Both the position numbers and the translations under genes were made by a program. A DNA stretch of 57,625 nucleotides, from positions 1 to 57,625 of the forward strand of contig JBAZYH010000005.1 of assembly GCA_041659365.1 (NCBI GenBank), written 5' to 3'. Origin of the DNA: Minisyncoccota bacterium (GTDB lineage Bacteria > Patescibacteriota > Minisyncoccia > Phycocordibacterales > GWA1-40-21). This document shows, one piece after another, positions 37,356 through 47,951 of the stretch (the first letter of the stretch is position 1; every line of letters begins with the position of its first letter). The notes under the pieces are model-generated. The model did not search any database. It was given only the letters and a program-made list of their open reading frames with translations, and was not told the DNA's origin.

Positions 37356-38104
37356 TTAAAGAGAGTAAAGCACCGATATTTAAAATATTAGCTAACTTAC
37401 CAAAAAATACAAGAATTCTTGATATTGGTGGTGCCTCTGCCCCATTTAAAAGGGCCACAAACATTATAGATGCAGTACCATTTGAAAACATAAACTGGTC
37501 ACAAGCAAAAGGTGAAGGAGAGGTAATGTTTGATAAAAACTCTTATACACAATTTGATATATGCGCCCGAGAAAAATGGCCTTTTGCTGATAAAGAGTTT
37601 GATTATAGTACTTGTTCACATGTACTCGAAGATATACGTGATCCATTGTGGGTATGTTCAGAAATAATAAGAGTAAGTAAAGCTGGATACATAGAGATAC
37701 CATCAAAACTATACGAGACAACATTTGGTCTAGAAGCAAAAAATCTGGCTGGAGCATCGCATCATAGATGGCTAGTTGATCTGTATGATAATAAATTGAG
37801 ATTCACATTTAAATATTTCTATGTGCATAGCCACTCAGTAAATAAAAATTATAAAAAAGTTAATTTAAAAAATGAAAGTATGTATTTAAAATTAGAATGG
37901 AGTGATTCATTCTCATGTTTTGAAAACTGGTTAAATAGTGGAAAAGAGATTTTTGAATTTTTTCTAGACATAAAGATAACTGACAAAGAGATGTGGAGAA
38001 TTTTTAGAAAAAATAGTTCCAAAAATATAGCTTTCAAATGGTTAGCTTATCTAAAAAACACAAACCCTCTATTTAAAAATATATTCAATAAAGTAACAAA
38101 ATGA
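37352..38104 (+). CDS. Class I SAM-dependent methyltransferase
   Basis: RILDIGGASAP motif I. Its ATG overlaps the preceding stop (ATGA). Confidence 0.65.
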   Translation: MIKESKAPIFKILANLPKNTRILDIGGASAPFKRATNIIDAVPFENINWSQAKGEGEVMFDKNSYTQFDICAREKWPFADKEFDYSTCSHVLEDIRDPLWVCSEIIRVSKAGYIEIPSKLYETTFGLEAKNLAGASHHRWLVDLYDNKLRFTFKYFYVHSHSVNKNYKKVNLKNESMYLKLEWSDSFSCFENWLNSGKEIFEFFLDIKITDKEMWRIFRKNSSKNIAFKWLAYLKNTNPLFKNIFNKVTK

Positions 38105-38844
38105 AAAAAGATTTATTAAGTTATAAAGAGCACGATGCGCAGATTATAGAGACACACGATGTTGAATATCTTAAGGGCATTATCCAACGTTTTAAAAATA
38201 ATAATACTTTTGAAGTAGCTGGTTTTAAGAAGGCATTTTCTATTCCCCATGAGGCCAAGACTCACATAGACATAGGATCTGGTGGAGGCTGGCTTATAAT
38301 AGAAACATCAAAGATCTTTGATGAAGTTATAGGTATAGAACCATCAGAAACAGCCGTAAGAAATGTTGAAAAACTCATAGAAGAAATGGGGTTAAAAAAC
38401 ATAAAACTCATAAACAAAGACATGATTGATGGTATGAATGAATTAAAACCAACAAAACCAGTATTTTTTACCACATCAATAGTTCTCTCACACATAAAAG
38501 ATTACTATGTTAAAGAGTTTTTAAAAATTGTTAATGATGCCCCCATAGGGTCAGCTTTATATTTTGTAGAAAATTATGATAAAAATATACAACAAAGACT
38601 TTGGCACATAAGAAGAAAATACTGGTGGGCAAAAAATCTTCCAGAGTGGCAACTAGAATTTTTTGAGATAAAAGATGGTAACTATTTTTCAGGTATATAT
38701 GGTAAAAAAGTTTGTAAAAATAATGTAAATAATAAATATTCACCCACGACGAAAGATAACATATTCTGGATTATTGATGGTATAAAACAAAAAATACTTG
38801 GTGCAAAAAGAGTTATAATAAGATTAGTTAGAAAACTAATCTAA
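38101..38844 (+). CDS. Class I SAM-dependent methyltransferase
   Basis: HIDIGSGGGWL motif I. Its ATG overlaps the preceding stop. Confidence 0.65.
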   Translation: MKKDLLSYKEHDAQIIETHDVEYLKGIIQRFKNNNTFEVAGFKKAFSIPHEAKTHIDIGSGGGWLIIETSKIFDEVIGIEPSETAVRNVEKLIEEMGLKNIKLINKDMIDGMNELKPTKPVFFTTSIVLSHIKDYYVKEFLKIVNDAPIGSALYFVENYDKNIQQRLWHIRRKYWWAKNLPEWQLEFFEIKDGNYFSGIYGKKVCKNNVNNKYSPTTKDNIFWIIDGIKQKILGAKRVIIRLVRKLI

Positions 38845-38852
38845 ATTAAAAT

Positions 38853-40097
38853 ATGCGAAATATAATAAAAAAAATAGTTAAAAAATCACCAAACTTCTTA
38901 AAGAAAAATATTGTTTTACTATATGAAGCATATTTTAGATATATATGTTTAATAAAGGAAGTAAAGGAACATATAAAAAATGGTAAAAAGTCTAATATTA
39001 AAAACTCTAAAAAAAGAGTTCTTGTCTACCATCTTACTGGTCTAAACATTGGTGGTACTGAAAAATCTATACAATTTGTTGCGAACAACCTATGTGATGA
39101 TTTTGATGTATTTTTTTTATACTCAAATAAGAATGTGAGTCATTCTAGACTAAACAGTATGAATAATAAAATTACTTTTATAGAATGTGATTATGATTAT
39201 CTAGAAACAAAATATCCATTTTATATAAAAAATATGCGCCCTCATATTAAAAATGTTATTGAGGAAAATAATATCGACATAATAATAACCGCTACAAGTG
39301 GCTATACTCAATATCCTATAAACACAATCTCAAATATACCAATAATAATTATAAATATTTTTGGGTCACCAACATTACAAAAAAATATTGTTGCTTCAGT
39401 ATTCGTTTCAAATACAGTCCAAAAAACAGCAGAAATCTATACTGGGCCACAATCTGGTCACACTTCCTTATATATCCCTGTAATTGAACCGCCAATCAGC
39501 GCTCGCGAACAAACTCAAAAAATAAGAGGTATTTTTAACCTAAAAGAAACTGATTTTGTTTTTGGTAGGATTGGTAGAAGTACTGATGAAATTTTTGACC
39601 CGATAGGTATAAGAGCTTTCCAAAAAGTAGTTAAAGAATACCCTGAGGCACACTACATAATAATGTCCCCCTCTCCAACAACTGAAAAAATTGTTAAGGA
39701 AGATGATATTCCGAATGTTCATTTCTTACCACCAAGTGGTGAAGAGTTAGACCTATGGGGTTTTTATTTATCTATAGACTGTCTTGCTCACTTCAGATTT
39801 GATGGTGAGACACTGGGGCTTAACATAGGAGAAGCTATGTATGCTGGCAAACCAATTATTTCTCATAAATCACACATATTTAATGCACACACAGAATATC
39901 TGGCACCATCTTTCGCAAGAGTATCAGAAAAAGATGATATTAAAAAATATGCGTCATATATGAAAGAATTCATAGAAATAAGAAAAAATGATATAAACAA
40001 ATGGAAAGAGATGCAAAAAATAGCCCATGAGACTTCGAAAAAAGATTTCTCGCAAGAAAAATATATCGAACACTTTAAAAAAATAATTAATAATTAA
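38853..40097 (+). CDS. GT-B fold glycosyltransferase (GT4-like)
   Basis: GGTEKS near the N-terminus and ETLGLNIGEAMYAGKPII in the C-terminal domain. Confidence 0.65.
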   Translation: MRNIIKKIVKKSPNFLKKNIVLLYEAYFRYICLIKEVKEHIKNGKKSNIKNSKKRVLVYHLTGLNIGGTEKSIQFVANNLCDDFDVFFLYSNKNVSHSRLNSMNNKITFIECDYDYLETKYPFYIKNMRPHIKNVIEENNIDIIITATSGYTQYPINTISNIPIIIINIFGSPTLQKNIVASVFVSNTVQKTAEIYTGPQSGHTSLYIPVIEPPISAREQTQKIRGIFNLKETDFVFGRIGRSTDEIFDPIGIRAFQKVVKEYPEAHYIIMSPSPTTEKIVKEDDIPNVHFLPPSGEELDLWGFYLSIDCLAHFRFDGETLGLNIGEAMYAGKPIISHKSHIFNAHTEYLAPSFARVSEKDDIKKYASYMKEFIEIRKNDINKWKEMQKIAHETSKKDFSQEKYIEHFKKIINN

Positions 40098-40101
40098 TAA
40101 T

Positions 40102-40971
40102 ATGAAAAAAATATTCCAATTAGTACTCAATAACTTATCTAAAATATCTGGTAAAAAAATACTTTACTTATCATCAAGTAATTATCAGGAACCAAAAAAC
40201 TTTGCCGTAAAAAGTAAATATAATTTTTGGTATTGTGGTAATGTTTTCGACCAAGGAGATATTGCTTATGGAATTGCTAATAATGGTTTAGTTGATAAAT
40301 ATGATTCTGAATTAGTCAAGAAAATAATAACCAAACTTAAAAAAGACTTTGTATTTTATGATATAGGAGCAAATACTGGATGGTATACGATGCTTTCTTC
40401 ATCTATAAATAATGATTGTACTGTACATAGTTTTGAACCAGTACAAGAACATATTGATTGTTTGAAAGAATCTATCTTTTTAAATAGAAAAGAAAAACAA
40501 GTGACTATCCACGAGATTGCATTGAGTAATAAAAAAGGAGAAGTTGAAATAAAACTTGCTGGTACTGGTTCTAGTATTGAAGAAAATTTTTTGAAAGTAA
40601 ATAAAGGATCAAGAAAAATAAAAACCAACGCTCTTGATAGTTTTATGGAAGAAATGCCTCTCCCTGATTTTATCAAAATAGATGTCGAAGGTCATGAATA
40701 TAAAGTATTACAAGGTTCAGACCAAATAATCAACAAATCAAAACCTATTTTGTTTATAGAGATATGTTATTCATTAAACAATGACAACAGAGACTTTATT
40801 AACAAAGATTTTGACGATATATTTACATTTCTTAATAAAAAAGGTTATGTTGTTTATAAATCTGATGGATCTAAACTAGAAAAAATAACTACTTTTGAAA
40901 AAAAAGATGGTGTAGATATGTACCTATTTTTAAATCCAGAAAAACATTCTGATATAATCAAATCTATATAA
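40102..40971 (+). CDS. FkbM-family methyltransferase
   Basis: FYDIGANTGWYT, FEP and IDVEGHEYKVLQG motifs. Confidence 0.8.
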   Translation: MKKIFQLVLNNLSKISGKKILYLSSSNYQEPKNFAVKSKYNFWYCGNVFDQGDIAYGIANNGLVDKYDSELVKKIITKLKKDFVFYDIGANTGWYTMLSSSINNDCTVHSFEPVQEHIDCLKESIFLNRKEKQVTIHEIALSNKKGEVEIKLAGTGSSIEENFLKVNKGSRKIKTNALDSFMEEMPLPDFIKIDVEGHEYKVLQGSDQIINKSKPILFIEICYSLNNDNRDFINKDFDDIFTFLNKKGYVVYKSDGSKLEKITTFEKKDGVDMYLFLNPEKHSDIIKSI

Positions 40972-41008
40972 ATTTTTCAACCCCCTTATTCAGTAAAAGG
41001 CGGTTGAA

Positions 41009-41917
41009 TTACTTTTTGTAAATATCTTTGTATCTACTATATAATAATTTGTATGTCTTTCCTCTTACATAAGGCTTTACTAATTTCCAATCAAATTTAT
41101 CACCTATTTCCGTATATTTATATATCTTTGTTAATTTCTTTGAGATAGATTGAAATCTTGATAAGAAAGGAATAATAGTGTCATACCAGATACCATACTG
41201 AAGTTTAGTGACATCAAACATATTGTGATTTATAAGATACTTCACATCCTCTAAACGCATACCAAGTATATTTATCATACCCGGCCATCTACCAGAGATA
41301 GCGCTTTCCTCTACCCAACCAAGCACCCAGGCACGATCGGTACCAATAATCTCCCAACCATCATTTTTAGCCTCTTTTGAACCTTCTAGCTCTAGTTGCC
41401 ATGGGTTCCAGTCTTTATTGTATATCTTCAAAAAATACTCTCTACTCCAAATAGATGTTTGACAAGATATTCTATAAACTGAATCCTGTGTGAGTCTTAG
41501 AATATTATGGTCTGAAAAAGTTTTAATCACTTCTTTCTTTTCTATATCAAGCCTTCCCAGCGCAATTCTTCCAACCTTATTATTCTCCTTTGCATAAGAT
41601 AATACACTTTCAAGAATCTTTGGATTTAAAGGTGTATTTAATAAATAATCATCAAGGGTGAGAATAAAATATTCTGATGTTTCATTTTTCAAAATATAAT
41701 CGTGGATATATTTTGTCCATTTTTGAATATCATTTTCTTCCTTAATTCTTGCAAATTTAAAGTTATCAGGAAGCTTTACTTCTGACCCATGGTTACCCAA
41801 AACAGTAAACTGTTGGGTTGTTTCTGGTGTCCAATACTTATTATAAAGATACGCTGTTGTCGGCAAAATATCTTTTGTCGCATCAGAGGTTATTATATAA
41901 AAAGGTAAGTTATTCAT
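41009..41917 (-). CDS. Hypothetical protein, possibly a GT-A-like transferase
   Basis: 302-aa ORF with a DxD-like LTLDDY. Function is guessed from context only. Confidence 0.5.
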   Translation of the reverse strand: MNNLPFYIITSDATKDILPTTAYLYNKYWTPETTQQFTVLGNHGSEVKLPDNFKFARIKEENDIQKWTKYIHDYILKNETSEYFILTLDDYLLNTPLNPKILESVLSYAKENNKVGRIALGRLDIEKKEVIKTFSDHNILRLTQDSVYRISCQTSIWSREYFLKIYNKDWNPWQLELEGSKEAKNDGWEIIGTDRAWVLGWVEESAISGRWPGMINILGMRLEDVKYLINHNMFDVTKLQYGIWYDTIIPFLSRFQSISKKLTKIYKYTEIGDKFDWKLVKPYVRGKTYKLLYSRYKDIYKK

Positions 41918-41921
41918 TTAA

Positions 41922-42623
41922 TTATTCTTCACAAATTTCAATATCAGCCTTCATGTCTTCCTTTATACATCTATAAGATTTTAATTGTTCTACACTATCA
42001 AAGGTGTACCAATTTTTTGCTAGTGAACTTGAACAATAAAGTTGTTTTTTTTTCATTAGCTGATTCCACACCTCAAGAAAATCATCTGAGTTTTTTGTAA
42101 GCTCAATTATCTTTTTGGGATTCAATATTTGGCATCCAGAACCATATATATCTGTTTTTTCTGTACGACTTAATTTGGTTATTAATCCATCTTTTTGATG
42201 TATACAATCTCCATCAAAACCATCTTTTACTTGTGTCGGTACAAGCATACAGGCAGGCTCACCAAATTTCTTGTATTCTTTTTCTACATCTTTAAGATCA
42301 ATATCCATCAGTCCGTCACACGTAAGAATCATTATCGGTTCATCAAGTTTTGAAAGTATTGAATTATAAATCCACCAAGCATTTCCCTTTCCATTTGTAT
42401 TCACCAAAGAAGAAACACCGAGGACGAGTGCATGTGGAGAAAGTATGTCTGATTTATAACCAACTGTAAGGTGAATATTAAAGCCTAATGGTTTATATTT
42501 CTCAAAATTTATTTCTAACAGAGTTTTGTTGTCAGCCAAAGCCATAGCTTTTGGAACATACTCAGTAAGAGGCCACATTCTGACTGATCTGCCCGCTGCT
42601 AGAATAACTAAATTTTTAAACAT
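41922..42623 (-). CDS. Sugar-phosphate nucleotidyltransferase
   Basis: LVILAAGRSVRMWPLTEYVPKAM N-terminal signature. Confidence 0.65.
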   Translation of the reverse strand: MFKNLVILAAGRSVRMWPLTEYVPKAMALADNKTLLEINFEKYKPLGFNIHLTVGYKSDILSPHALVLGVSSLVNTNGKGNAWWIYNSILSKLDEPIMILTCDGLMDIDLKDVEKEYKKFGEPACMLVPTQVKDGFDGDCIHQKDGLITKLSRTEKTDIYGSGCQILNPKKIIELTKNSDDFLEVWNQLMKKKQLYCSSSLAKNWYTFDSVEQLKSYRCIKEDMKADIEICEE

Positions 42624-42628
42624 AGTGT

Positions 42629-43585
42629 TTAATATGTAGGCTTGCCATTAATAAGAGCTAGAATCTCGTCTTCATTTAATCTTTCAGCATTAGATGAATC
42701 ATATATATGATCTAAAGGTTTTTCTGCTTTCTGATTGAAAGCTATAATAAAGTGTTTAATACCATTATATATAGTTTCATAAGTATATGGAAGTTCTATT
42801 TCTCCAACCAAGAATTCATCATTCCTTTCTCCTGGTCTACCCTCTATCTTTTCATATTTACCGCCTTTGTTTTTAATCCACACCTTAAGAATATCTTCTA
42901 CCATAGCAGACTTCATTGCTCGTGATAAAACCTTTCCTTGTACATCATTTATGTTTTCAATGGCAGTACTAACCAGAGCCACAGCTTCGTTTACAGTAAA
43001 GAAAAATCTTCTCATTTCTGGTCCTGTTGTTCCAATGACTTTTGTTTTCTCCCACATATCATTCCATAAAGGAAAAACTGAGCCTGTTGACCAAACAACG
43101 TTTCCATAACGAACACAGGCAAACTTTGTTACCCCTTTTCCATTCATAGAACAAAACACTCTTTCCATAATAGCTTTTGTCATACCATAAGTATTTCTTA
43201 TAGGAGGTGAGGCTTTATCCGTAGAAATACCGAGAACAACCTCAACCCCTTTATCTAAGGCGACTCGAGCAATGTTTTGAGAGCCAAGTACGTTCACATC
43301 TACACATTCCATCGGAAATCTTTCTGCTAAATCTACAAACTTTGTTGCAGCTGCATGGACGATAATATTTGGTTTAAATTCATTCACAATATCTCGGACA
43401 GACTCTATATTATCAATATCCATTGGAACAGACTTACAGCCTGTAATCTTGGTTGCTTCAAAATTATTTTTGTTATTTCTTGAACCTAAAATAACCTCGT
43501 ATTTATCTTTAAAAAACAAAGCTAAATTTTTACCTAAATAACCATTACCACCAGTTATCAACATTACCTTTTTTTGTATATCCAT
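42629..43585 (-). CDS. CapD/PseB-like nucleotide-sugar 4,6-dehydratase (Polysacc_synt_2)
   Basis: ITGGNGYLGKNL, STDKASPPIRNTYGMTKAIMERV and RYGNVVWSTGSVFPLW motifs. Confidence 0.75.
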   Translation of the reverse strand: MDIQKKVMLITGGNGYLGKNLALFFKDKYEVILGSRNNKNNFEATKITGCKSVPMDIDNIESVRDIVNEFKPNIIVHAAATKFVDLAERFPMECVDVNVLGSQNIARVALDKGVEVVLGISTDKASPPIRNTYGMTKAIMERVFCSMNGKGVTKFACVRYGNVVWSTGSVFPLWNDMWEKTKVIGTTGPEMRRFFFTVNEAVALVSTAIENINDVQGKVLSRAMKSAMVEDILKVWIKNKGGKYEKIEGRPGERNDEFLVGEIELPYTYETIYNGIKHFIIAFNQKAEKPLDHIYDSSNAERLNEDEILALINGKPTY

Positions 43586-43823
43586 AAAATAATTGATTTT
43601 TACCTAAAGTATATCTGTAATTTTAAACAAATTTATATAAGTAAATTTAAATATTAAAACTAAAGCTGCAACTAATAATACAATTGAGTATATCAATGTC
43701 CACTATATCACGCAAGTATTGTTGGGACAGATTTTCTGTGCTAAAAAGTTCAAAATACTGCCGTAAATAAAGGTTGGATTAAAAAATTGACCCTTTCATG
43801 GTTTTAATATATTATAAATAAAA

Positions 43824-44843
43824 ATGATTAACATAATATCAAGATCAGTTGTATCTTCACTTATCTCTGGACCACAAAAAGTTGCTACTAACCTCATTAA
43901 AGGTCTTGATATTTTAGGTTATCCTTATTGTATAAATAAAGCTCTAGATTCTACTTCTCAACTCTGGGTGCATGATGATAAAACAGCACTAAAAAAAGTA
44001 GCTAAACTTAAAATAAAAGCTATTGTTGGACCAAATATATATATAATGCCTAAAAATATACCTGAGGATATTGATTTATCAAATGTAACTTATATACATC
44101 CATCAAAATGGGCGGTTGATATATGGAAACATTTTGGTTATGACAAATACCCTATAGATTTTTGGCCGGCCGGTATAAATACAGATGAGTTTAGTGAGAG
44201 ACAAAAACCAGACGATGGTACAGTTTTAATATATTTTAAACAAAGATATCCAGAAGAACTAGACTATATAAAAAATATATTAGAAAAAAATAATATCAAA
44301 TATGATATTATAAGCTATAGATTCTATAAACAAAAAAACTATCTAGAAAAATTAAAAAATACCAAATATCTCGTCTGGATTGGAAGACAAGAGAGTCAAG
44401 GTATCGCTCTACAAGAAGCGTTAGCTATGAATGTCCCTATGCTTGTTTGGGATGTAACAAATATGGGACATTGGGTACCCACAGAAAAAGAATCAAAAAT
44501 CTTTACAGAGGAAGAACTTTCCTACCCTGCTACATCAGCACCTTTTTTTAATAAACAATGTGGGAAAATAACAAAAAACAAATCAGATCTAGAAACATTA
44601 GTAAAAGAGATGGAAAATAATTGGAAAAATTTTGAACCAAGAAAATATATTATAGAAAATCTAAATCTAGTAAAACAAGCTCGTGACTTTATAAAATTAT
44701 ATGAAACATATTATGGTATATCATATATGTCTGGTCTAAATGAAAAACTATTGAATAATAAAAAATGGAGAAACTCTAAGTGTTATATGAAAATCTTTTT
44801 CTATACAAAAGACTTGGCAAAAAAGATTCTTAAAAAATACTAA
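43824..44843 (+). CDS. GT-B-like glycosyltransferase
   Basis: C-terminal pattern GRQESQGIALQEALAMNVPMLVWD. Confidence 0.5.
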   Translation: MINIISRSVVSSLISGPQKVATNLIKGLDILGYPYCINKALDSTSQLWVHDDKTALKKVAKLKIKAIVGPNIYIMPKNIPEDIDLSNVTYIHPSKWAVDIWKHFGYDKYPIDFWPAGINTDEFSERQKPDDGTVLIYFKQRYPEELDYIKNILEKNNIKYDIISYRFYKQKNYLEKLKNTKYLVWIGRQESQGIALQEALAMNVPMLVWDVTNMGHWVPTEKESKIFTEEELSYPATSAPFFNKQCGKITKNKSDLETLVKEMENNWKNFEPRKYIIENLNLVKQARDFIKLYETYYGISYMSGLNEKLLNNKKWRNSKCYMKIFFYTKDLAKKILKKY

Positions 44844-44844
44844 A

Positions 44845-45615
44845 ATGATACAAATTCCCAAAAAAATAAGTATAATTATTATAACAAGAAATAGAGCCAA
44901 TTTTGTAGCCAGAGCCATAGAAAGTGCTCAAAAACAAAATTTTACTGACTGGGAACTACTTATACTCGACGACGACTCAAACGATAATACCAAAACTATT
45001 ATAGAGACTTATATAAATAAAGATAGTAGGATAAAATATCACAAAAACTCTCCTGCTTTAGGTATATCAAAAAACAGAAATAAAGGAGTCTCTCTTTCAC
45101 GGGGAGAATATATCGCAATGCTTGATAGCGATGACTATTGGATAGATAATAATAAACTACAAAAACAAATCGAGATACTAGAAAAAAATAAAAATATAGG
45201 ACTCATTGGTTCTAATATAATTTGTGTTGATAAAGAAGATAAAAAATTGAATAAAAGTAATTATAAAACTAAAAGTGAAGATATAAAACAAAAAATATTA
45301 ATAAATAACCAATTCGCCCAATCAAGTATTGTTTTTAGAAAAGATATTTTAAACCAAGTTGGAGGATACAATGAAAAACTTGATGTTTGTGAGGATTTAG
45401 ATTTATGGTTAAAAATAGGAAGATTTTGTGATTTTGCTAACATAAAAGATGTAACAACAGCTTATATGGTTCATCCTGGGGGAATATCAAAACAAAGGAA
45501 ATTTAAAATGGCAAAAAATATGTTAGATATTATTGAAATAAACAAAAATTATTATCCTAACTATATAATTGCAAAAATAATAGCAATTTTAAGAATATTA
45601 AAGTCTTTATTCTAA
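44845..45615 (+). CDS. Glycosyltransferase family 2
   Basis: ISIIIITRNRA, LILDDDSNDNT and MLDSDDYW motifs. Confidence 0.8.
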   Translation: MIQIPKKISIIIITRNRANFVARAIESAQKQNFTDWELLILDDDSNDNTKTIIETYINKDSRIKYHKNSPALGISKNRNKGVSLSRGEYIAMLDSDDYWIDNNKLQKQIEILEKNKNIGLIGSNIICVDKEDKKLNKSNYKTKSEDIKQKILINNQFAQSSIVFRKDILNQVGGYNEKLDVCEDLDLWLKIGRFCDFANIKDVTTAYMVHPGGISKQRKFKMAKNMLDIIEINKNYYPNYIIAKIIAILRILKSLF

Positions 45616-45741
45616 AATTTCGAAATCATCTGCAGAGAGTTTTTTGTCTTTTGTTTCTTCCCTTTTAACAACTCTTGTAAAGATAACAAAAAAAGAGGCG
45701 AAAACAACCAGAAGCACTACACCTAGTAACCATTTATCCAT
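45607..45741 (-). CDS. Possible 44-aa single-pass membrane protein
   Basis: MDKWLLGVVLLVVFASFFVIFTRVVKREETKDKKLSADDFEILE. Its ATG is preceded by the same TCTCTAACGGG leader as the next gene upstream. It is below the ORF-track threshold. Confidence 0.4.
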   Translation of the reverse strand: MDKWLLGVVLLVVFASFFVIFTRVVKREETKDKKLSADDFEILE

Positions 45742-45843
45742 CCCGTTAGAGATCAACACTACTTAATTATATAGTGTTCATCATTTTATATTAATAAATT
45801 CGACACATAATACCAACCCGAATAGTTAAATCTCTAACGGGAT
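45740..45843 (-). promoter_or_regulatory. 13-bp inverted repeat bracketing the upstream region of the 45741 ORF
   Basis: ATCCCGTTAGAGA (45740-45752, abutting the ATG) and TCTCTAACGGGAT (45831-45843), separated by 78 AT-rich nt. Confidence 0.55.
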
Positions 45844-45887
45844 CCATGTCTTTATATTAACACAAGGGAAATACAAAACAAATTTAA

Positions 45888-45918
45888 CCTGGGTTGCTTC
45901 GCCCTGCTCGCAAAGACA
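45888..45918 (+). repeat. Type A repeat
   Basis: CCTGGGTTGCTTCGCCCTGCTCGCAAAGACA. The repeat and the following about 60 nt resemble 11757-11850. Confidence 0.8.
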
Positions 45919-45986
45919 ATACTTAACAGAAAAAACTAAGGAGACACCTTTCTAAGGTCCCACTTCAGTTTTTTAATAGGCAAATA

Positions 45987-47951
45987 CTATTCAATTCCTA
46001 AAATCTTTTTTAGCTCTGACTCAGGAATTTCTTTTGGATTTTTTAATTCTTTATGATTCTGACTAATATTTATAGGTGGTGTTTGTGCCTTTATATCAGC
46101 TTTTACTTCCTCCTTTTTTATTTCTTCTTTTTTTACCGGAGTATCTTCCTTAACAGAAACTGTTTTTAATACCGCCTGTAAAGCAGACTTTAAATCAGAC
46201 AAATTTTGTTTGTTTGGTATTTTATTAAAATTTTGTTTTTTATCATTCTGAATATTCTGATTATTTTTAAAATTATCTATAGGTTTTTTATTTTCTATTT
46301 TTTCTTCCATAACAATCTTTTTGACAACTTCATTTAATGGTAAAAATCCATCCCCTGGCTCAGACTCGATAGGAGGAAGAGCTACCTGACTTTTTATTTT
46401 ATTATCCCCATTAAAAGGTTTTTGAATTACAGGATTTAATACATGAGTCTGATCTGGAACTGAATTGATTACTGAATTAGAAATATTATTTACTGTATTG
46501 TTAGTTACATTAGAGTTAGTTTTTTGTTCTACTATATTATTTATCGGTTTACTCTGAAAAGTATGTTGACTATTTTGACTATCGCCATTAAATAATTTCC
46601 CTTGTGGTTGAGGATTTTTGGTAGCAACTTTTTCTTGTTTCTTTTGCCATTCTGTAGTCTTACCCTCTTCGTGCCATCTATGTATAGCTTCTTCAACTAC
46701 CATTTTAGGTTTAGCAAACTGTCTTCTAGAATTTGCAATTATTTCAGATTTATAAGATATGACTGGTTCTGGAAATGGTGGCAAAGATGAAGCTGAAAAT
46801 GGAACAGACCCCATAGCATCTATCATGAGTTTCAAATACATCTGAAACATACCGAGATTTACAAGATCCTCTGCAGTAAATTGTGGTGCAAACTCTTTTT
46901 CAAGAACTTCCGCATCGTAAGCACCAACACGAAATGTAATCATAGTACCTACGTTTCCAAAAACAGCAGAACGAACTTCTTCCGCCATTTGGTCTATATA
47001 TTGGTTTGCTATTGTAAGATTAAGTTTATACTTTCTAGCTTCAGAAAGTATATCTGCAAATGATTTATTGGCAAAAGATTGAAATTCATCCACATATAGA
47101 TAAAAATTTGGAAGCTTTTTTAAATCTTTTTCTAGAACATCAGCACGAGACATTGCAGCAAGATACAACTTTGTAATAATCATAGAACCAAGTAAATTTG
47201 CATTAGCTTCACCCACTCTTCCTTTTGAGAGGTTTACTATAAAAATCTTTTTCTCATCCATAACCTTACGAAAATCAAAACTGGATTTAGATTGACCAAT
47301 AATATTTCTGATTAAAGGATTTGAAGTAAACTGTCCTATTTTATTTTGAATTGCTGGAGTTGCTTCCTGCGCGAAACGTTCAGTATAATTCGCAAATTCT
47401 TGAGTCCAATATGATTTTACGGAAGCATCTGTAACGTTTGCTACTACTTTACTTCTATATGCCTTATCTGTAAGCATTCTATTTATACCAAGCATCGTTG
47501 CTCCTGGGTATTCTAAAAGAGCTAAAATAGTATTTTGTAAAATATACTGCATACGATCAGAGAAAGTCTCTTCTCCAAAAAGTTTCATAAAAGCACTCAT
47601 AAGACCTGCCACAACAAGATGTCTTTTGTCTGCACCAACATCTTCCATGACATTAAAAGATATCGGATTTTCTATATCAAAAGGAGCAAAATAAACAACG
47701 TCATTTATTCTTTCTGGAGGAATATAATTTAATAACTTTTCTGCAGTACTACCGTGCGGGTCAATAAAAGCCATACCTTCACCATTCTGAAGATCTTGAA
47801 TAGCCATATTTTCAAGCAAGGTGGATTTACCCATACCTGTTTTTCCTATTACATAGATATGTTTAGTTCTATCCTTGGCTTTAATACCAAATTTAACTCG
47901 ATTTCCACGAGAATCAGTCTCTCCAAAATATGTTACTCTTTCAGGGTCCAT
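45987..47951 (-). CDS. TraD/VirD4-like (type IV coupling protein-like) P-loop ATPase with a long low-complexity C-terminal tail
   Basis: Walker A GKTGMGKST and Walker B LYVDEFQSF, then about 240 aa of N/Q/K-rich sequence. Start placed at the MDPERV methionine (47951) because of the shared leader motif. The track start is 47993. Confidence 0.7.
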   Translation of the reverse strand: MDPERVTYFGETDSRGNRVKFGIKAKDRTKHIYVIGKTGMGKSTLLENMAIQDLQNGEGMAFIDPHGSTAEKLLNYIPPERINDVVYFAPFDIENPISFNVMEDVGADKRHLVVAGLMSAFMKLFGEETFSDRMQYILQNTILALLEYPGATMLGINRMLTDKAYRSKVVANVTDASVKSYWTQEFANYTERFAQEATPAIQNKIGQFTSNPLIRNIIGQSKSSFDFRKVMDEKKIFIVNLSKGRVGEANANLLGSMIITKLYLAAMSRADVLEKDLKKLPNFYLYVDEFQSFANKSFADILSEARKYKLNLTIANQYIDQMAEEVRSAVFGNVGTMITFRVGAYDAEVLEKEFAPQFTAEDLVNLGMFQMYLKLMIDAMGSVPFSASSLPPFPEPVISYKSEIIANSRRQFAKPKMVVEEAIHRWHEEGKTTEWQKKQEKVATKNPQPQGKLFNGDSQNSQHTFQSKPINNIVEQKTNSNVTNNTVNNISNSVINSVPDQTHVLNPVIQKPFNGDNKIKSQVALPPIESEPGDGFLPLNEVVKKIVMEEKIENKKPIDNFKNNQNIQNDKKQNFNKIPNKQNLSDLKSALQAVLKTVSVKEDTPVKKEEIKKEEVKADIKAQTPPINISQNHKELKNPKEIPESELKKILGIE

